Shown in pieces: positions 59,302 to 64,000 of a stretch of DNA of 64,000 nt (position 1 is its first letter; each line of letters begins with the position of its first letter). This DNA is from Eledone cirrhosa. Taxonomy: Eukaryota. The stretch spans positions 109,368,001-109,432,000 of the forward strand of contig OZ024742.1 in assembly GCA_964016885.1 (NCBI GenBank), in the 5' to 3' direction. The position numbers were made by a program, and so were the translations under genes. Under the pieces are notes generated by a model, which was not told where the DNA came from, searched no databases, and saw nothing but the letters and a program-made list of their open reading frames with translations.

Positions 59302-59441
59302 GGAAACTTCCTCGTTATTGGGCGGATGTTTGAAACAAATCTTAGCAATTTTTTTTTTTTTTTTGCATAAATATATTTGGAAGGTTTTTAGATAAATACA
59401 AACACTTTAACCCATTCATTACCATTATTTGTAATATGATT

Positions 59442-59605
59442 GGGTGGTGGTTTGGCAGTATCGGTAGAGGGTCGGACAACATCCTTTGTAGCACAGAGTT
59501 ACGCCCCTTTTTGATCTGAGTTCAAATCCTGCCTTACGGGGTCGATAAAATAAAGTACCAGTAATGCACTGGGTAATTGCTGGCCTTGTGCCAAAAGTAG
59601 AAACA
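59442..59605 (+). mobile_element. SINE family 1 with 18-bp TSD
   Basis: TSD ATTATTTGTAATATGATT at 59424-59441 and 59606-59623. Confidence 0.9.
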
Positions 59606-60619
59606 ATTATTTGTAATATGATTTTCAAATTATTTTTTAATATTCAAGAATCTAGATGGCTTTCTCACTGTTAGGCTTATGCTTGGAACAACACTTAAAA
59701 TAAAGATTTTTACATAAAATTATAATGGTATGCTTTGTAGATAAGACAGTCTTGTATCGTTAACATACGATCGGTTTCAGTCGATTGGCATGAAAATGGT
59801 TTAAAAGGTGTACTTTCTATTGTGACATAGCCCATCATTGAGCCATCCCTTTAAGGTTTAAAAATGTTCTTTCCTGTTTCGTGGCGATTATAATCGTTCT
59901 AAGATACCTTGCTATATTTTGTTGAGTGCTTTGCATTCATCTCCATTGCTGCAATTAAATTTCTTGATAGCGTTCATTGGTGATGCTTTATCTTACTTGA
60001 TTTGTTTAAATCTTATCACACACTATCATACACAGACACAGGCACATGTAGATACATACACACAGGCATTCGTACATACACACACACATGCATTCACACA
60101 TACATACACACATACATACAGATACTAATGAAGATCATGTTATCATTAGAGATATTTATTTATTTAATTATTCCCCTTTAGGAAGTGGACGTAATTAATG
60201 CTTGCTGCGTTGTTTTAATGATTTTTTGTGTAATTTAAGTAATTTTATCTGTTCTCCTCATCCTTCTCTCTTATCTGAGCATTTTTTCCCCGATCTTTCT
60301 GCTGATTACAAGATTTTGCCAAAGAAATGAAACGCCAATACTTTCTATACACAGGAATAGACAACGCAAATAGGCAGACAAATGTTGCAATTTCTTTCTT
60401 CTCTAACTTGGCTTTTTAGTGCCAAGTAAGTTTTGCTTCTTTTTCTTTTAATCTTTTTGATGTCAAACATTTTCAAACTGCCCTGGTTTTATGATAGAAA
60501 GCTGTTTAGTTTATAACATTCATATTTATTTTTTTAAATATATTCCATCTTAAGAACCTATAAAATGTAAGAACCTATAAAAGAGGATTTCCATGTAAGA
60601 ACCTATAAAAGAGGATTTC

Positions 60620-61250
60620 TTTAGTTCTCCAACAAGGCTCAAACTCTACAAGTCGCGGGTGACTTCGGTCATTCTGCATAAGTGTGAGAGCTGGACGCAT
60701 CCGACATGGAACGAAGAATCCAGGCACAAGTGGTTCAGAAGTGAGACGGAAAGAGAGAGTGAAAGAGCATCTATTTGTGCTTTCACACATTTCATACATA
60801 AAACACAGGGTCAGGCAAAAAACTCTGCTTGTGATATTAAAAAGAGGACATCTTTCATAATACGGTCAGATATCTCACTACGACTCCCTGTCCAGAACCA
60901 TTCTTCAAGACACAGTTAAAGGAGTATGAAGAAGAGGTAGATAAAGAAAATCATAGCCCAATAGAGGCCATTCGGGGAGGGAGTGACAGAGAGATGAAAG
61001 AATGGCAGTGAAAAATAACAGCCAGTCTGTTGAGCAGAGGCCGTTGGAAGAAGAAGAAGAAGAAGAAGAAGAAGAAGAAGAAGAAGAAGAAGAAGAAGAA
61101 GAAGAAGAAGAAGAAGAAGAAGAAGAAGAAGAAGAAGAAGAAGAAGAAGAAGAAGAAGAAGAAGAAGAAGAAGAAGAAGAAGAAGAAGAAGAAGAAGAAG
61201 AAGAAGAAGAAGAAGAAGAAGAAGAAGAAGGAGAAGAAGAATAAGAAGAA
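60620..61250 (+). mobile_element. Old RTE-like LINE 3' fragment followed by (GAA)n
   Basis: TRLKLYKSRVTSVILHKCESWT and LSRTILQDTVKG.*RRGR*RK remnants. Confidence 0.65.
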
Positions 61251-61491
61251 CCACCTCCATCACCAACAAAGAACATTAGCTACGTCAGTAACACTAACAA
61301 AGTGTTATCTTTTCAAATGAATTTGTCTTGCAAGCGAAGTTTTTATGGAAACGCAGGTCGTATAAAGTTCATAGGCACTTGTTAACAGATAGATGCACTT
61401 TCACTCCCTCTTTCTGTAGCACTATTTCTCTCTCACTCTCACTATCTCTCTCTCTCTTTCTTTCTTTATATATATATATATATATATATAT

Positions 61492-61529
<38 letters not shown>

Positions 61530-61661
61530 CGAGGTTTCATATTAATCAATAAAGACCGTAATGTGAAAGCTCGCTTTGTTTTCAAAATATAAACTCTGCC
61601 TTAGCATAGAGTTCTGATTTTGGTACCCACCTCAGTAGACCACAAATCTACTGAAACACCC

Positions 61662-61965
61662 AGTATCGGTAGAAGGTCGGACGCCATGCTTTGCGGCATA
61701 GAGTTACGGACCTTTACAGCCTGAGTTCAATTCCTGCCGAGGTTAACTTTGCCTTTCATCCTTACGGGGTCGATAAAATAAAGTACCTGTAATGTACTGG
61801 GTATTTGCTGGCCTTGTGCCAAAAGTAGAAACAATTATTACGTTCCGAGTTCAAATCCCGCCGAGGTTAGATTTGCCTTTCATCCTTACGGGGTCGATAA
61901 AATAAAGTACCAGTAATGCAGTGGGGTAATTGCTGGCTTTGTACCCAAAGTAGAAACATTATTAT
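61662..61965 (+). mobile_element. Two tandem family 1 SINEs
   Basis: Core and tail repeated twice. Confidence 0.88.
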
Positions 61966-61973
61966 TATGAGTT

Positions 61974-62094
<121 letters not shown>

Positions 62095-62225
62095 ATTGTA
62101 ACGTCGTCACTGTTGGTTCACTAAAGTGAACATTCGATGTGTAGGATAGTCTGGAGCTTCCAACAGTAATGGTTGCATTTTTTAAGGGTATGTCAATATT
62201 TATTTATAAAACTGATCTATATTAT

Positions 62226-62288
62226 ATTTTATCTGATGAAAGCACACCATAATTTAACTTGGTGTCCTTGAAATATGTATAATGAAAT
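62226..62288 (+). ncRNA. Type I hammerhead (family C), third copy, in (TA)n-flanked element 62091-62419
   Basis: Same sequence as 14505-14567; CTGATGA at 62233, GAAA at 62270. Confidence 0.8.
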
Positions 62289-62417
62289 AAATATGGTTTT
62301 ATAAATATAGTTTCCATTTGTTAATATCGTATTTTTACTCCAAATGTTTGTTGAGTGCTTTATATCAGTTATAAAAATATTTGCTTGTTGTATCCCAACA
62401 ATTTAAATAGAACTTTT

Positions 62418-62465
<48 letters not shown>

Positions 62466-62521
62466 GTATATATACATATAGTTAGTTTTCTGTTTATCTA
62501 TCTATCAATCTATATATATAT

Positions 62522-62712
62522 AACGGAGGAAATGTGGTAAGAAACCAGGTGGACCATAACGCACCAAAGTACTCAATACTTAGGGTAGTAGAGTGGGTAA
62601 TAGGAACGAGTAGCACCCCGACGGCTGAGCTCAAGCCGTTTCGACGGCTAATTCTGGACTCAGAATTACCCGTCGAAACGGCTTGAGCTCAGCCGTCGGG
62701 GTCCTACTCGTT

Positions 62713-62717
<5 letters not shown>
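62522..62717. mobile_element. Tiny fold-back element (~57-bp arms plus one-sided tail) in (TA)n
   Basis: ATAGGAACGAG...TAATTCTG-GACT-CAGAATTA...CTCGTTCCTAT with two mismatches; tail carries GTACTCAATAC (62569-62579). Confidence 0.75.
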
Positions 62718-62752
<35 letters not shown>

Positions 62753-62769
62753 TATATTTATATATACAT

Positions 62770-62937
<168 letters not shown>

Positions 62938-62983
62938 CGTAAAATAAGAAAATTATCAAATTAACTTACTTACTAAAATATCA

Positions 62984-63063
62984 CTTCCAACTAATTAGTT
63001 TCTGAAATGGAATAAATATATTTTCTGAAGAAAACATAAAGAATCATTTCTTCGTCAGGGAAG
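62984..63063 (-). ncRNA. Type I hammerhead ribozyme (family D), unit 1
   Basis: Minus strand CTTCC-CTGACGA-A-GAAATG...CATTTC-A-GAAA-CTAATTAG-TT^-GGAAG; palindromic stem III; GUU triplet. Confidence 0.8.
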
Positions 63064-63507
63064 ACTATTCTCATCTAAGTATCCAGGCAAAGCGGGGACT
63101 CTGGAAACTTATTCAAAAATAATTCAGTGGATAGAAAATAGCAAAGCGTGGACTGAATTCCTAGCCATTGAGAAAATCACTGCCTCTGCGTCGGTGGCAA
63201 ATTCAAAAAGAATCAATCACGTGACATCGAGGTCAATCAGTGGAAAGTGGTTTGCTAATAAGACAGCGGCCTGCCTGCTACCATAGCAGCAGTCGTGGCC
63301 AATATTGCTCGACAAATAATTTTTGGAGATAATTATAAAGAATTAATATCTAGTAACATATATATACATACAGATGCATATCAATGCTAGCAAATAAATA
63401 GGTTTTGTCTTAGTAACTTTGTGGTTCAATGCATGGGGTTGCAGAACAATAATATGAGAGACGTAAAATAAGAAAATTATAAAATTAACTTACTTACTAA
63501 AATATCA

Positions 63508-63587
63508 CTTCCAACTAATTAGTTTCTGAAATGGAATAAATATATTTTCCGAAGAAAACATAGAGAATCATTTCGTCGTCAGGGAAG
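63508..63587 (-). ncRNA. Type I hammerhead ribozyme (family D), unit 2
   Basis: Same fold 524 nt from the first; a third copy on + starts at 63948 (CTTCC-CTGACGA) and runs off the window. Confidence 0.8.
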
Positions 63588-64000
63588 ACTATTCTCATCT
63601 AAGTATCCAGGCAAAGCGGGGACTCTGGAAACTTATTCAAAAATAATTCAGTGGATAGAAAATAGCAAAGCGTGGACTGAATTCCTAGCCATTGAGAAAA
63701 TCACTGCCTCTGCGTCGGTGGCAAATTCAAAAAGAATCAATCACGTGACAACGAGGTCAATCAGTGGAAAGTGATTGACCTCGATGTCACGTGATTGATT
63801 CTTTTTGAATTTGCCACCGACGCAGAGGCAGTGAATTTCTCAATGGCTAGGAATTCAGTCCACGCTTTGCTATTTTCTATCCACTGAATTATTTTTGAAT
63901 AAGTTTCCAGAGTCCCCGCTTTGCCTGGATACTTAGATGAGAATAGTCTTCCCTGACGACGAAATGATTCTCTGTTTTCTCCAGAAAATATATTTATTCC

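Overview
Eukaryotic, AT-rich, microsatellite-saturated DNA. The SINE type and repeat landscape suggest a cephalopod such as Octopus (inference). I found no intact host gene; most long ORFs in the track are translated simple repeats. Contents: (1) a decayed Penelope-like (PLE) RT and several unrelated small elements, mostly in or beside (TA)n, that carry type I hammerhead ribozymes as inverted pairs, as a 524-bp head-to-tail tandem, or as half-ribozyme fold-backs mirrored on stem II. (2) Clusters in which R4/Dong-clade RLE retrotransposons (+ strand) and a ~608-bp bipartite non-autonomous RTE derivative (- strand) are nested in the same (CATA)n/(ATGT)n microsatellite. (3) An R4-to-RTE chimeric junction. 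(4) A ~12.7-kb 21-bp minisatellite with higher-order structure. (5) An intronless AREL1-like HECT pseudogene with twin-priming-type 5' inversion geometry. (6) A Dong-like LINE, a hAT remnant with 8-bp TSD, a non-autonomous Helitron, Tx1/RTE fragments and many tRNA-derived SINEs. All family assignments come from motif recognition by eye, not database searches.
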